This document shows positions 25,533 through 38,872 of a stretch of DNA of 64,000 nucleotides, piece by piece. The stretch's first letter is position 1. Every line of letters starts with the position of its first letter. The position numbers were made by a program, and so were the translations under genes. Location: assembly GCF_001194135.2 (NCBI RefSeq), contig NC_068983.1, positions 53,280,280-53,344,279 on the forward strand, in the 5' to 3' direction. This stretch comes from Octopus bimaculoides. Lineage: Eukaryota. The notes under the pieces are model-generated. The model did no database searches. It saw only the letters and a list, made by a program, of their open reading frames with translations, and was not told where the DNA came from.

Positions 25533-27439
25533 CATCAGTGTGTGTTAGGAAGTGCAGGAGCTGTAGAATTTTAGTGAGTTTCTGATGAATCACAACATTA
25601 CCCTGGTTTACATTAACAGTCTTGGTGACATCATATTCATTGCCTTGCTATTACTCTTGAGAGTTGTTTATTGTAATTTACGTTTGAAATGTCCTTATAA
25701 ATGAGTTTGTATCTATATTTCCATCCCTATATAACATCTATATGTTGTTTAGCCTTAGAATAGCAGTGATTGAACAGATGAATGATCAAAATGTATCTCA
25801 GACTACATTATCCAATTTGTCCTTTTTTTTAAGGAAGATTTGGTTGATGTTTCTAGTAGGTCACCTGCTCACATAGACTTTCCATTATTGGCTTGAAACG
25901 TATATAGTCTCTGTGAAGATATGTGTGTAAACAGGTTGTATATCTGTATAGAGTATATAATTTAAATTTCTGATCAAATATGATAAAAAGTACTTTATTT
26001 TAATAAGTAGTTGAGCATTTCAGAAACATAAATCAGAAATTTCATTTTCGATCACTGTTGCATTTTATCGTTGGTTTATTAATCAATAATATCAGTTTAT
26101 ATTTGATATTTCAATAATGTATATTTAATTATTTTGAAACTAATATCATTTTGATTACTGAATTTTGGATTAGAGTGAAAATGTTAAAAGTAATCTTTTT
26201 CGTTTCGATACACAGTCAACTATTTCCATCACCTTTGTCATTAATCTGATAGATTGCAGAATTACTTTCATTTCATTTTTCTCACGCTTATGCTTACTAA
26301 ATAACTTTCTCTCACTTGTGAGAAAAAACAATCTCATTTCATTTTTAGTGCTTGGATAAGACCGTTCATATGACTGTTGTAATTAGGATAGAGATGTCAG
26401 ACATTGCAGCAATATAAACTAATTGCTTTGCAACATGATATTGTTGTTGCTGTTGCTGGTTAACCTCTGACTGAGCAGACATATATCTAAAGCATTCTAC
26501 CTGAGACCAACCAGTCTTTTTTAAGAGTGTCTAAAGTGTTCTTTTATTATTTAAAGCAGTAAGTTTTGATTTGAAGGATATTTCTTCATTAATTTTGGTG
26601 GACGAATTACCATGAGGAGAAGCACTTGTTTGGCCATCACTGTATGAAGTTTGGTTTTCTGAGTTGAAATGTTTTGCATTTTATCTCTTGAAAGTTGATT
26701 TAAAAAACAAAAAAACAAAAAAAAACAAAAACAAGAAAAACAATTTTGAATTATTGTTTTACAAAATCTAGTTGTAATAAAGAATTCTAATAAAGAAATA
26801 ATTGTTATTCATAATTTTTTTTTCTTGTGTGCAATTTCGAAATATTCTCATTTTTTAAGTAATCTCATTCAAAGTTATGAATTTTTATTACTGTTAGCCT
26901 TCAATTCATTTGAAAGAGCATCCATCACAACCCCTATAATTTTTCAATAGTTGCATGGTGTGTTTGCCACATAGTTTTATTGACTTGCTTCTGGTTATTA
27001 TAATTGGTGTTCTGTCAGATTATCTGAAATTATTTTGTAAAAAGAGAGGATCTGTTTCGTATTTACTTGTTTTGCAGCAATAATAATTGTTATATTTCAA
27101 TTGCTGAATGATGTTTTATCTATTTTATTTTATTTTTTTCTCTGTAATAATTATAATAGAATTCCAATAACATATATGTATTTTGATCTTAATTGATCTC
27201 ATCAAGTTTTATTTAAAATTTATGTATTTGTGGAAATCAGAGGTTTTTTTTTAATAAGAAAGTTTTTTTCAAATTAAAAGGATTTGCAAATCAGACATAT
27301 TATAATCAAAAAAATGTAGTGAGAGAGAAAGAGAGGCTAACAGACAGAAATAGATTAATAAAATACTCAAAGAAAACTGTTTTTCTTTTTAAGTCATGCA
27401 TGTGTGTGTGTACATACTGTACATAATTATGTTATCATC

Positions 27440-27690
27440 ATAATTATCATTATTTTAATGTCTACTTTTTGTCATGTTTGCGTGGGTCGGACAGAGTTTT
27501 ATTGTAGCAGATTTCTTACAGCTGGATGCCCTTCCAGTTACAAACCATAACATGTTTCCAAGCAATGTAATATTTCCCCGTGGCCAGACATGTTTTTGCA
27601 GACTACTGCAAATGAATGACATTGATTTACAATAATCATGCTACATCAAGACAAGGAGACACAAAGATGCACATGCTTAAACTGACTTAC
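27440..27690 (-). mobile_element. RTE-like 3'-end repeat variant (second copy at ~50925-51130)
   Basis: Contains gctggatgcccttcc and atgtttccaag..gtaatatttcccc.tggccagacatgttttt, shared with 50925-51130. Confidence 0.65.
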
Positions 27691-27714
27691 ATGCAAATAC
27701 ATATATACATATAT

Positions 27715-27872
27715 GGTGGGCTTTCAGTTTCTGTGCACCAAATCCATTCACAGGGTTTTGGTCAATTCAGAGCTGTTGTAGAAGACACATTCCCTAGGTG
27801 CCATGCAGTGGAACTGAAACCAAAATCATGTGGTTGGGAAGCAAACTTGTTAATCATTCAGCCAGGCCTGTA
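27715..27872 (-). mobile_element. SINE family B head
   Basis: gggctttcagtttctgtgcaccaaatcc...gaagacacattccctaggtgccatgcagtggaactgaa...catgtggttgggaagcaaac. Confidence 0.85.
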
Positions 27873-28039
27873 CAAATGTATGTGCATGTGTATTCAGAGA
27901 CAGACTGACAAGTGCAGTGAAATGTTTATGTATATATATATATATATTTATACCCATGCCTGCATGGACAGCAGAAATTAAACAATGGTGATGATGATGA
28001 TATATATATATGTATGTATAGGTATACATATACATATGT

Positions 28040-28220
28040 GAAGGCACATGGCTCAGTTGTTAGAGCATCAGGCTCACAATCATGAGGTAGTGAGTTCAAT
28101 TCCCAAGCTGGGCTGTGTGTTGTGTTCTTGAGCATGACACTTTATTTCACATTGCTGCAGTTCACTCAACTGTAGAAATGAGTTGCAACGTCAATGGTGC
28201 CAAGCTGTATCATCCTTTGT
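28040..28220 (+). mobile_element. tRNA-derived SINE, family D
   Basis: A-box-like tggctcagttgttaga, B-box-like gagttcaattcc, then ttcttgagcatgacacttt. Inverted copy at 33150-33356. Confidence 0.75.
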
Positions 28221-28328
28221 GCATTAAATCTTGTAAAATAGACTCAACTTCACAGATAAGACCCGGGGCTATTTTGGTGACCTTTTTCTTGAAGAAAAAG
28301 TGTATCTTATATGCTATCAAATACAATA

Positions 28329-28501
28329 ATTCTAACATGGGCATGACTGGTACTTTATTTTATTAATGTACTCCTCCTCCAGAAGGACAAAATCCAAAGT
28401 TGATCTCCATGGGATTAGAACCCAGAATATAATGAACTGTAAATAAATACTGTAAGGAAATGTTAGCTGATGCTCTTACAGTTCTGCCAATTCACCAGCC
28501 T
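28329..28501 (-). mobile_element. SINE family A (decayed)
   Basis: gactggtactttattt...aaagttgatctc...gaacccagaat...ttctgccaattcaccagcct. Confidence 0.7.
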
Positions 28502-28662
28502 AAATTTTGGTTTCAAGTGAGGGCATCTAGCCGACATATATATTAAGCATGATCATAGAAAGCTGTTTTAATTAAATGCTCTTTGAATTTCACATGTCAG
28601 ATATTTAATCAGCCAGGCAGCTATATGGAAAATCATGTTTTAATCACTTTTTCCTATATCAG

Positions 28663-28787
28663 AGACAAAGAATTCCCATCCAAATATGTGGCCTCAAAAA
28701 GGTTGGAATGTGCCTGATATTCTTGCAGACTGCTGCTGCTGGAACAAGTCTTTGTCTTTCCCTAATACTCATTGTAGTTTTTACACA
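28663..28787 (+). CDS. Candidate 125-nt exon
   Basis: cactttttcctatatcag|AGAC...ACACA|gtaagt. Two frames open (RQRIPIQICGLKK... and xTKNSHPNMWPQKGW...). No homology recognised. Confidence 0.3.
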
Positions 28788-30260
28788 GTAAGTCCATAAG
28801 ACATATCATCTCAGGATAAATACTACAGTAACTAGCCTATTGACAGTGCATGTACACTAAGTAAGATACATAAATGGCCATTTTACTCTACCTACATCTT
28901 TGAATGTCTGAAATGGACTTGTCTACAATTTTTTTAGTCTCTTTTAGGAGACATCTTCTGAAATAACTGAATTAGAATTAGAATCAATCTATTCCTTTGG
29001 TTTAAAAGGGTTCTATGTTTTCTTTGTTTTTTTTTTGGTGGGGGGACTAATTATGTTTTCTGTGTAATTTTACTCAGTATATTTTACTCAATAAACTCCA
29101 CTTATTATTGACACTAGATCTTTTTAAAGGTTAACATTTCTTTTTAGTTTTCCATCACACTTTTTGTAGATGGAGATCATTATTTCATAGCCTTTCGTTT
29201 TAAAACATTTAATTTTTCTTATGGTCTGGTCTTCTGAATTTCTTTTCACAATAATTACAACATTAAGTTTTCAAGCGAGCAGTCTAAGGATGAGACCAGT
29301 TACAATATGAACCTCTAGCTGTCTTTATAAATCACAAGATGGAAATTATATTGAAGTTTCCCATACTGGCAGGCCAGCAGCATACAATAAAGCTGATATA
29401 ATTTTCCATGACAAAACAACAATAGCATAATTATTGTTGACTTAGCAAGAGAAAATTACTTCAATGTTATGCTAAGATAACAGACAACTTTCTTGAGTGC
29501 AATAATGTCTTTAATTCATGAGATAACAATATTTACAAATCTTAGTATAGCTATTTTCTATATACCTGTGTCTATCACTATGGATGATTTGTCAATGCAG
29601 TTGTACTAATTATAAATACAATGATAGATATTCCTTAACTGCCATATATTTTTTATAATACAGCATTATATTAGTGCTCACTGCTTGCACAATAATATGG
29701 TTACTATAGGTATTTGAACACAGATGGTAAAGAGCCAGAAGAAATGCAGCATGGCACATTTTTCCACCACACTAGCGATTTTTCCTCACCACTCTAACCA
29801 CAACAGTAGCGACAGGTTTAACATGATTCTGCGATTGAATAAAATCGTTTATAATTATTCTTCCAGCAAAAATTGAATCTATGAAATATATTCTCTCCCT
29901 TACATGAAAAAAGACAACAATGGATGCACAGATCAAAACAGCGTTTGTAAATATGGAGGATTACTTGAAATCGTTTTGCAACATTCAATTGCAGGCTTAC
30001 GGAGATGTGATGGTAGTAACACTGTTTAACTTAAAGGAGACTAAGAAGAGCACAAATAACTGAATATATTTTGGTCATTTAAGAAGTATATGTACATGAA
30101 GTATTGCTGCAAATGAAACCTAGGAAAAGAGGTTTAAAACAACAGGAAAAATTCTTTCATTAGAATCTTTGACTTGAAATAAAAATTGAGAGAAAACTGC
30201 ATTAAGGCCTGTGGTGGCAAAAACAATAGAGATGAAATCAATTCAATGTTCTACTTACCT

Positions 30261-30480
30261 AAGGTGGCAAGCTGGCAGAAATGTTAACATGCCAGGTGAA
30301 ATGCTTAGCGGTATTTCGTCTGTCTTTATGTTCTGAGTTCAAATTCCGCCAGGGTCAACTCTGCCTTTCGTCCTTTCAGGGTCGATAAATTAAGTACCAG
30401 TTCCATACTGGGATCAATCTAATCAGCTGGACCCCTTCCCACAAATTTCGTGCCTTGTGCCTAGAGTAGAAAAGAATATT
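30261..30480 (+). mobile_element. SINE family A, young copy
   Basis: aaggtggcaagctggcagaaatgtt...ctgagttcaaattccgcc...gccttgtgcctagagtagaaaaga. Its first ~50 nt are repeated identically at 30480-30529 next to the gap. Confidence 0.9.
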
Positions 30481-30787
30481 CTACTTACCTAAGGTGGCAA
30501 GCTGGCAGAAATGTTAACATGCCAGGTGANNNNNNNNNNNNNNNNNNNNNNNNNNNNNNNNNNNNNNNNNNNNNNNNNNNNNNNNNNNNNNNNNNNNNNN
30601 NNNNNNNNNNNNNNNNNNNNNNNNNNNNNNNNNNNNNNNNNNNNNNNNNNNNNNNNNNNNNNNNNNNNNNNNNNNNNNNNNNNNNNNNNNNNNNNNNNNN
30701 NNNNNNNNNNNNNNNNNNNNNNNNNNNNNNNNNNNNNNNNNNNNNNNNNNNNNNNNNNNNNNNNNNNNNNNNNNNNNNNNNNNNNNN

Positions 30788-30826
<39 letters not shown>

Positions 30827-33149
30827 TATATATACACACATACACATATATATATATATATATATATACACATACACATATATACATACACATATACAAT
30901 TCTCATGCACACACACACACATATATATAAATATATATGAGAAAGAAAAGTTAGTTAACGACTACACACAAAGCAGACTGGAATATGATAATCTTCATAG
31001 AGCTCTAAGCATAATAATAGCAGTTGTACATCCATTTGCACACACAATTTCTATTATGTGTGTTAGAGAGAAAGAGGAAGAGAGAGGCTTATACATACGT
31101 ATCTCTATCTTTTTGAATTGAAAAAAATTTGCATTTATCTTCATTATTCTACCTTTCACTCCATACCTTCCTGATTTGCAAACCTGATTTTGAAGAAAAT
31201 AAATAAAATAAGAAAGGGCATGATTCATGAATCAATGGGATTTCCTTAGATAAATGAATTTAAAATTAAATTTCAATATTATATTGATGAAATCAATCGA
31301 TTTAAAAAAAAGACTCAAACATATATTGTAATTGGAAGTTTATTATCATTATTACTATGAAATAAATATTATACAGATTAAACTCAAATTTGCGATTGAA
31401 ATATAATTATTATAATAACTATAAAAGAAGTTGATAAGAAATAGATTCTCCTTCTTACAAAAAGAAAAAGAAACAAACAGACCAATCAAAATGATCTGAA
31501 ATTATATTTGTTGTGCACTCGTTGACACCTTTAATCATAGAATAGCTTACACATCTACATACATCCTTATTTACTTTCTTACAAAAAGAAATTATTACAT
31601 AAGTCTGATATTCCTAGTTAATTATAAGCTTCTCTAAATCATATACCGTTTCATTACATATTTTACCCTGTCCTTCAGTTGTTCTACAATCTTTTACACT
31701 TAGTTTAGTCCTGCTTAGTTTTGAAATATATGTTTCTCTTATTGTTTCTATTTTTTTATATACCTGCTTTTAACATTCCTTGGTTTGTAACCATATATAT
31801 ATATATATATGGCTTAAAGAATGGTTTATTTTCTTAACAGTTCTATGATAAAAGTCTTCTTCAGCTGTATTCTCCCTTGTATATTAAGCGCAATGCAATG
31901 CAAGGCAAGTATTGTCAAATGCTTGTTTTAGACTATATGTATGGAAATTCTTACTGAGGTGAAAGAAATTATGTTTGTTATTTTAGTGTTTATTATTAAT
32001 AAAATGATAGTATTTTATTTCCAAATAACAAGATTAGAAAATATATTCAAATTTATATTTTGTGATATGCAGCATATTTTCAATTATTTTAGTAACCTTA
32101 TGTGTAGCTACAGATGCAATCTAAAGCTGCATCATTAAAATATCTTAAAGAGGAGAGACTGGTATGCTAACAAACTGTTTATAGTTACTCGTATGCTAAC
32201 AAACTCTTTATAGTCTCAGAAATTGTTAGACTGTTACTATATAGCAAATGATTTTTACAACTCACTAACTTAAAGTCTGTTTACAACATGACATTTTTAT
32301 TATTGCCATAATAATTTGTACATTTCAAACTGCAAAACATCTGAAATATGTTTTTGTATTTTGCATTACCTCTAACATGAATATTTCCTTGTTATTCTTT
32401 CTCATGTCATATTATATACTTTACCAGATGTAAAATTTGAATTGTAAATATTTCTTTATTGCTTCTGGGAACACAGACTTAAACACAAAATGGATTTCAT
32501 TTTCTTGTTACATTACTTTTTTTTTTCTATTCCATTCCTGCTAATTGCTGCTAAATGTTGGTTGTTAAAAAGGTTGGATAAAAGCTAACATGACTGTCAC
32601 ATCCAGATTATACTTAATATATTAAACTCTACAAACTGCAAATGATATTTCAGTTTCAGGAGATTGACATGTATTGAAATAGTTTGAGTATTATTGATAT
32701 TTGAGATAATCAGTTCATTATATAATTGAAACACAAAAAGAAAAGAAGCTATCCTTTTGTGAACTTCTTCCCTCTTTTTCCTCTTTATTTCTTTTCAATT
32801 TCTCATGATTATCAAATGAAACGAAAAAACATGTCAACATTTATATCCTAATGATAAAATAGCTAAATATAATAAATATAACATTGAAAGGTAGAAACTG
32901 AATGTTAATAAAGATTTGAGAAACATAATTTTAGTAAGAAATATTAAACTAGTGAAAACAAGTCCACCACAAATCACACCAAGTTGATTTTTCTTCTCAG
33001 TAATCCTGATTCTGTTAATGAAATTTGTTAGAATTTATATGTTAGAATTTCAATTTTACAATTTCTCCTGACTTGACACATATTGTATTATGTCTGTCAT
33101 GAGTTCTAGGACTCAGAATATTGGAGCTTAACCCAGATTTGACAGTGTG

Positions 33150-33356
33150 TAAGTGACCAAGGTTGCAACACCCCTGAACATGATACTAGTCTGTTGCAGG
33201 GTTAACATCACAGTTATTGCTGGAACACATTTACAGATGACTGAACTGGATCAAGATGAAACAAAGTGTTTTGCTCAAGAACACAACACACTGCCTGTTC
33301 AGAGAATTGAAACCACAATCTTCCAATCTTGAGTACACCTTAACCATTAGGTCAAA
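33150..33356 (-). mobile_element. SINE family D
   Basis: Minus strand reads cctaatggttaagg...gtgtgttgtgttcttgagcaaaacacttt, matching 28040-28220. Confidence 0.7.
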
Positions 33357-34536
33357 TTTCTCTTTATTTATTCTATATAAAGACCTTTTAAAATATTGGT
33401 GCTATGATCTTTACATATTCTGCAATTACTTAATGAAGTCTGCTTTATTACATACTTTTTGTAGTTTTTGATGAGAAGGTTTTGGTTCTGAACTGCAATC
33501 AAGAATCTTTCAATCTCAGCTTTGACTCTTGTGTTTCTCAGCCTCTGCTCAAAAGTTTCTTTGTCTATTTCTGCTCTGTTCCGTGTTGTCTATTTTTCCA
33601 GATATTAGTCTTATAGGGATTTTTCTTATCACTTTAACATAGCCCTATGTCAGCTTACCTTTTTGTCTTTTGTCCTTTTTGCTGTGTCACAGTTTTTGCT
33701 GTTGTTTTTCCTTTCTCCTCTAAACTGTCTCTCATTTCAGCATCTCTTTTGCATTTATTAGCTTCTTTGAAGACATTGTTTGGCTTTTAATCAAGTTTTC
33801 TAACTTTTTGTATTAGATTTCTACTATTCTTTCCAAGGTATTATTTTTAGTTCTTCAGTTGCGATACTCTAAAATTTTTCTAGTTGCATAAGGTCCCTAT
33901 CTGCTTCTATTTAGAATAAATATATCTTTCTATGCTAGATTTAAAATTTTTAAATGCAGTCATATTTCTTGTTTCCTGTTTGGTGTCACTAGTTCATTTA
34001 GTAACCAAATGAGTTTATTATAACTACAACATATAACTGGGGCAGTTTGAGTATTGAAACCAAATACTTTATTTTGGTCCTTTAGCTCTGTTTTATATAT
34101 TTATCTAATGCACCTACAATATTAGTCTCTAAACTTTTCCTTCATTTGTTTGTATTGTATAATGTGTAGCTTATTGGTTTTAAATATTAGTATATATGTA
34201 TATATTGTGGTTTTCTTGATACTGTTTCTTTATATAGTGTGATATTAATGTTTTAAACCCAAATATTCTAGAAGTTTCTTTTGTAAACCCATGTACTTTC
34301 TGCAACAGTGTATCTAATTTATGGTCCATTAAGTACAGAAGACAATTGATTGTCCTACCATAGTGCTTATATTCATTGCAGCAGTGTTTAATATGTCAGT
34401 TAGGGATATTGATGCCTAGTATAAATGGAATGGAGATAGAATTACCTTCGAAAAATTTTCTCTAATGACAGGTTATTTTTTTTTATAAATTTCTCATTTG
34501 ATTTTACTTGAACATTTGCCTTGTTTGTATCTGCAG

Positions 34537-34604
34537 TTGTCATCATCTCTGGACTGCCTTGATCATAAGCCATTAATGCTCCTTATTTCAAACAATTTCT
34601 CTAA
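34537..34604 (+). CDS. Candidate 68-nt exon (LSSSLDCLDHKPLMLLISNNFS)
   Basis: ttgccttgtttgtatctgcag|...CTCTAA|gtgaga. Only frame 0 is open; it ends in phase 2, compatible with 43034. Confidence 0.3.
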
Positions 34605-35392
34605 GTGAGAAAAATGGAAATTTTTATTGTTATTGTTGTTTAAGATCAAATCATTAAAAAAAAGGGACTTAAAAAAATCTGTGTTTCCACTAATTAATGG
34701 AGGAATAATTATTTTCCACCTTGTCTGCAGTTAGCAGACAGTTGTTTTATTACAATTTTCAACAAGTGTGACATTTAAAGGGGAAGGGATGGTAGGCGTA
34801 AGCTATGACAGCCATCATAGTGATAACAATACAGCTGCCGTTCTGACATGAAGAGTTTTCTCATTAAAGCAGCAAATTACATTTTCTGAAGATTTTTTTG
34901 ATGGAAATAAAAACAGCAAGTATAAAGAACAAAACAACATAATAATAACAATTATAAAAACGTTAGTAAACACCAAGAAATGTAGTTCATTTGCAAGAGC
35001 CTCTTGCACCTGGACTGAATACTTGTTCTTGTTCAAAAATGTATATATAAGGTAATTGGGTCTTTATGTAAAAAGTTGTAGCACGATAATACTTGCGAAG
35101 AATAAGTTGAGCCATTCACCCAAATGCACAGTTTTATATGTTTTTAAAATTTTACTTGATCCCTAAGGTACACAAAACCAGTTACCCATGTGACCAAGAC
35201 CACAACTTTCTCTTGAACAGGCTGCCAATCCATAGCGATTTTGAGGGGAGAGGGCAAGTCGTTTACATCAACTCCAGTACTTGACTTGGTACTTTACTTG
35301 TTCATTGCTTTTTTTTTTTGCAATCGCTCTTTATCGACAGTGTGGCAAATAAAGAACTTTTAATTAGCATAATTATATTTTCTTGCTGTAAT

Positions 35393-35605
35393 TAGGTCAG
35401 TGAGTTCGCAGAATTGGTAGACCATCTGACAAAATGTTAACCAGTATTTCTTTTAGCTCTACATTCTGAGTTCTAATTGTGTCATGATCAACTTTGCCTT
35501 TTATCCCTCAGAAGTTGATAAAATAACATACCAGATAAGTACTGCAGTGATTCACTTGCACCCTCCTTTCAAAATTGCTGCTGGGCTTGTAACCAAAATT
35601 TAATA
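35393..35605 (+). mobile_element. SINE family A (decayed)
   Basis: aggtcagtgagttcgcagaa...ctgagttctaatt...actttgcctttt. An opposite-strand family A fragment lies at ~35220-35300. Confidence 0.75.
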
Positions 35606-35631
35606 GAATTAATATTATCATTATCATGATT

Positions 35632-35876
35632 TAGGTGGCAAGCTGGTAAGATTGTTAGAGCGTTGGACAAAATGTCTAGCAGTATTTCTTCTGACTCATT
35701 ATGTTCTCTGAGTTCAAATTCTGCCGAGGTCAACTTCGTCTTTCATTCTTTTAAGGTTGATAAATTAAGTGCCAGTGAAAAACTGGGATTGATGTAATCA
35801 ACTATTCCCCTCCTCCAAATTTGCTGCCCTTATGGCAAAATTTGAAACTATTATTATTATTATTATTATTATTATT
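35632..35876 (+). mobile_element. SINE family A ending in a (TAT)9 run
   Basis: taggtggcaagctgg...gagttcaaattctgccgaggtcaac...aaatttgaaac(tat)n. Confidence 0.88.
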
Positions 35877-36520
35877 CCTTTGTGTAGCAATGATCAGGCT
35901 TTCAGTGGTACTCTTCAAATCACCTCACTGAAGCCATGCCCACGATGCCGTATTACCCTTAACGTCTTGTGTATTCCTTTCAAACTGTCCATGCATTCTC
36001 ATTTCAAGAAGGTCTTCTTTTCTCTTCTCCTCAGCTCTTTGGTTAAATTCTTCCTTGCTCATCATTTCATCTGCATTTACACCCATATTTTTCACAGCAT
36101 ATTGCAGCAGGTCTTCATCACTATTTATCAAATACTCAGCAAGCATTCTCCTTTCACTCTTTATGCAATGGTCTATTCTAATTAAACCTCTGCCACTATT
36201 CTTTCTTTTCATATACAGTCTGTTTACATTTGCTTCAGGGTGTAGCGCCCCATGCAGCGTCATCAACTTTCTCATCCTTGTATCTAGTGTTGATATTTCC
36301 TCCTTAGTCCATTTGAGGATGGATACACTATATCTGACCACCGCAACTGCCCAGATAATCATTGCGGTAATCAAATTTTTGGCATTCAAGTTGGATTTCA
36401 ACACCATCTTCACCCTTTTTTGATATGCCTCGCTGACCTTGACTTTCATTTTTCTGTGTAGAATGTCATCCAGCTCCAAAATCCCTAAATATATATACCC
36501 ACTACTGTCAGGTTCACCCA
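35877..36520 (-). mobile_element. R4/Dong-clade (REL-type) non-LTR retrotransposon ORF fragment, RT thumb and post-RT region
   Basis: ORF 35925-36521: YIYLGILE...KRVKMVLKSNLNAKNLITAMIIWAVAVVRYS...LDTRMRKLMTLHGALHPEANVNRLYMKRKNSGRGL. Continues past a TGA as WLQ*GDLKSTTESLIIATQ. These are R4/Dong-type motifs. Confidence 0.85.
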
Positions 36521-36733
36521 AGGCAGTGAGCTGGCAGAAACGTTAGCATGCCAGGCGAAATGCTTAGCAATATTTCATGTGTCTTTAGAATCTGAGTTAA
36601 AATTCCACTGAGGTCGACTTTGCCTTTCACCCTTTCAGGATCGATAAATTAAGTACCAGTTGCGTACTGGAGTTGATCTAATTGACTCGCTCCCTCCCCA
36701 AAAATTTTGGGCCTTGTGTCTAGAGTAGAAAAG

Positions 36734-36765
<32 letters not shown>
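36521..36765 (+). mobile_element. SINE family A, young copy with (ATT)n tail
   Basis: aggcagtgagctggcagaaacgttagc...tagagtagaaaag(att)n. Confidence 0.9.
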
Positions 36766-36766
<1 letters not shown>

Positions 36767-37988
36767 TGATCTTATTATGTGTTTGTATTCATCACTGAAG
36801 ACAGAGCAAAAAACCAGCATGTTTCAAAATACATATTCAATGAAAAAATAAATAAACATTAATATCAACATACAAAATGATAAGTATTAACAAAGTATCC
36901 TGTGTTTTCAGTATACTAATATTTAAATAATGTTAATATTCTGAAAACACTGACACCTATGGCAACCTTTTGTATTCTTTTTACAATTTCATTTCAGTTT
37001 TCTCACTGTAATTTTATACACTTTTTTACTTCCTGTTTTTCTTTTATTTATATCATAGCTATTTTTTCATAATCTAGCCTTTTCAGATTTTCTTAGGTAG
37101 ATAAAATTAATTTGATATGATCCGTTTAAACTTTTTAAAGGTCAGTTGTTGAGGCATACATGTAATTGAAGTGAGAGTTCCAGAAACATTGGACACACTG
37201 CAGAGGAAGAATTGTGAAAAATTTAGAGATTGAGAGTGTGATGAGAGAATGAGAAGTTGGTGAGATAATATGGATTATGTAGAGATGGTGAATTTCCAAG
37301 TTCACAGACCAATTTCAGCTATGTCTGCTATCTCATATTTTTACTATTTATAGTGGAAGTGTGTTTGAAACAATATTGTTAATTAAAGAACTTTCTAATA
37401 AAACAGATGCTCTTTTTATGGATGTAGTCCAGAGTATAACTGTATACAGTGGCACTTCAGTTGTATGACCAATGTCCCAATGTACAGAAAAACAGCAGTT
37501 ATTTGGAGATAAAGAAGACTGAAGATAGTGTTTTAAGAATTATTATAATCTTAGATTATCATACACAATTTCTGCATATATATGGGCACCCTATCTTGAT
37601 CCTGTATCATTACTAGTCTGAACTTAGACTGTATTCAGCTAAAAGTCATGTTTGTGTATGTTGTCAGGTCTCGGTTTTTGATTTTTATATCAATCAAATA
37701 CACTATGTGTCTTCCACTTATAATACATCATATTATATGTTTCATAATGGTCAGAGAAAGCTCTTGGATTTCTTTGACACTTATTACCATCTTTGATTTA
37801 CTGTTTTACTTTACAAAGCACTTACATCTGTGTAGCATGATTTTTCATGTATCTGTATATTATATTGAGTGTGCTTCCTCAGCTCTCTTGGAGAATATGG
37901 ATTCCAAAATCTAGTCAAAGGATTATTACTCTCCTACCATACACACTCATGCACAGTCCCACACATGCACATGCACAAACACACCCGT

Positions 37989-38029
<41 letters not shown>

Positions 38030-38872
38030 TCCTTGTTCTTGATTGAAATCAAAGCATTATCACCACTATTGTTGCTTTTATCATACTTCTGCATATGATT
38101 TGCTTTCTGTTTGAGGTTTTGAAATCCTATTTCATTTACATTGTTTTTCAAATCATCCATTAAGAAACTGATATCAATGAAATATAAAAAAATCAATACT
38201 TTACTGTCTTGTGATAAATATTATTTCTAAAAAAAACAGTGTTTTATTTTACATAAAAAAATATATAATTTTTTTTTATTTTTAAGGAAATTTAACTGAG
38301 ATAGTTCAAACACTATATCTTTATTATATTCTCAATATTATCTTTGTTTAATTATGCAAAGAAAATATATCTCTACTTATCGTTTCTATAAAAAAAGTAT
38401 TATTAACAGTTTTCTGCCACTTTGTATTTATTTTTCACTGATCAGGTAACCAATTTTTATTACAAATCTTAGTTTTCCTACTCTTTGCTTTATTCATACT
38501 CGATAGAGGGGAAAAATTCTTGAAAGCAAGAGTAATCATTATTTCTGTTATTTTAAAATACACATCTGACCAAGAATAAACAAATATAAGAATATCGATG
38601 CATCATGGTTTTCAATTTCAACTATGCTTCCTTTGTACAAAATTTGCTTTCACTATATTGTGTTAATATGATCAAATTCATTTTTTTTTTTTTTTTCATA
38701 GATGTAAGAGAAAATTTTATTTAATTTTTGCATCTTTGTTATTTGGAATTTTCTATTAGAATTGATGATCGAAACTGCAATGCTTTTTTTTTTCTTTCTT
38801 TTAGAAGTGGTATGACGTTGGATTTGATCTGTGCATAAACATTTTTACAGGTTTAGATTTAGGCTTTAACTA

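Noticed and set aside
30250-30529. Apparent tandem duplication of a SINE head
   Set aside because: The ~50 nt before the gap are identical to 30250-30299 and end at the Ns; most likely an assembly artefact at the contig edge.
30485-31121. Long ORFs in the supplied track (also 62111-62809 and 25059-25451)
   Set aside because: They are open only because they cross N gaps and (TA)n/(CA)n microsatellites.
37059-37096. 38-nt candidate exon reading LFFHNLAFSDFL, reminiscent of GPCR TM2 (NLAxxD)
   Set aside because: T-rich sequence easily yields such hydrophobic peptides, and no other GPCR segments were found nearby.
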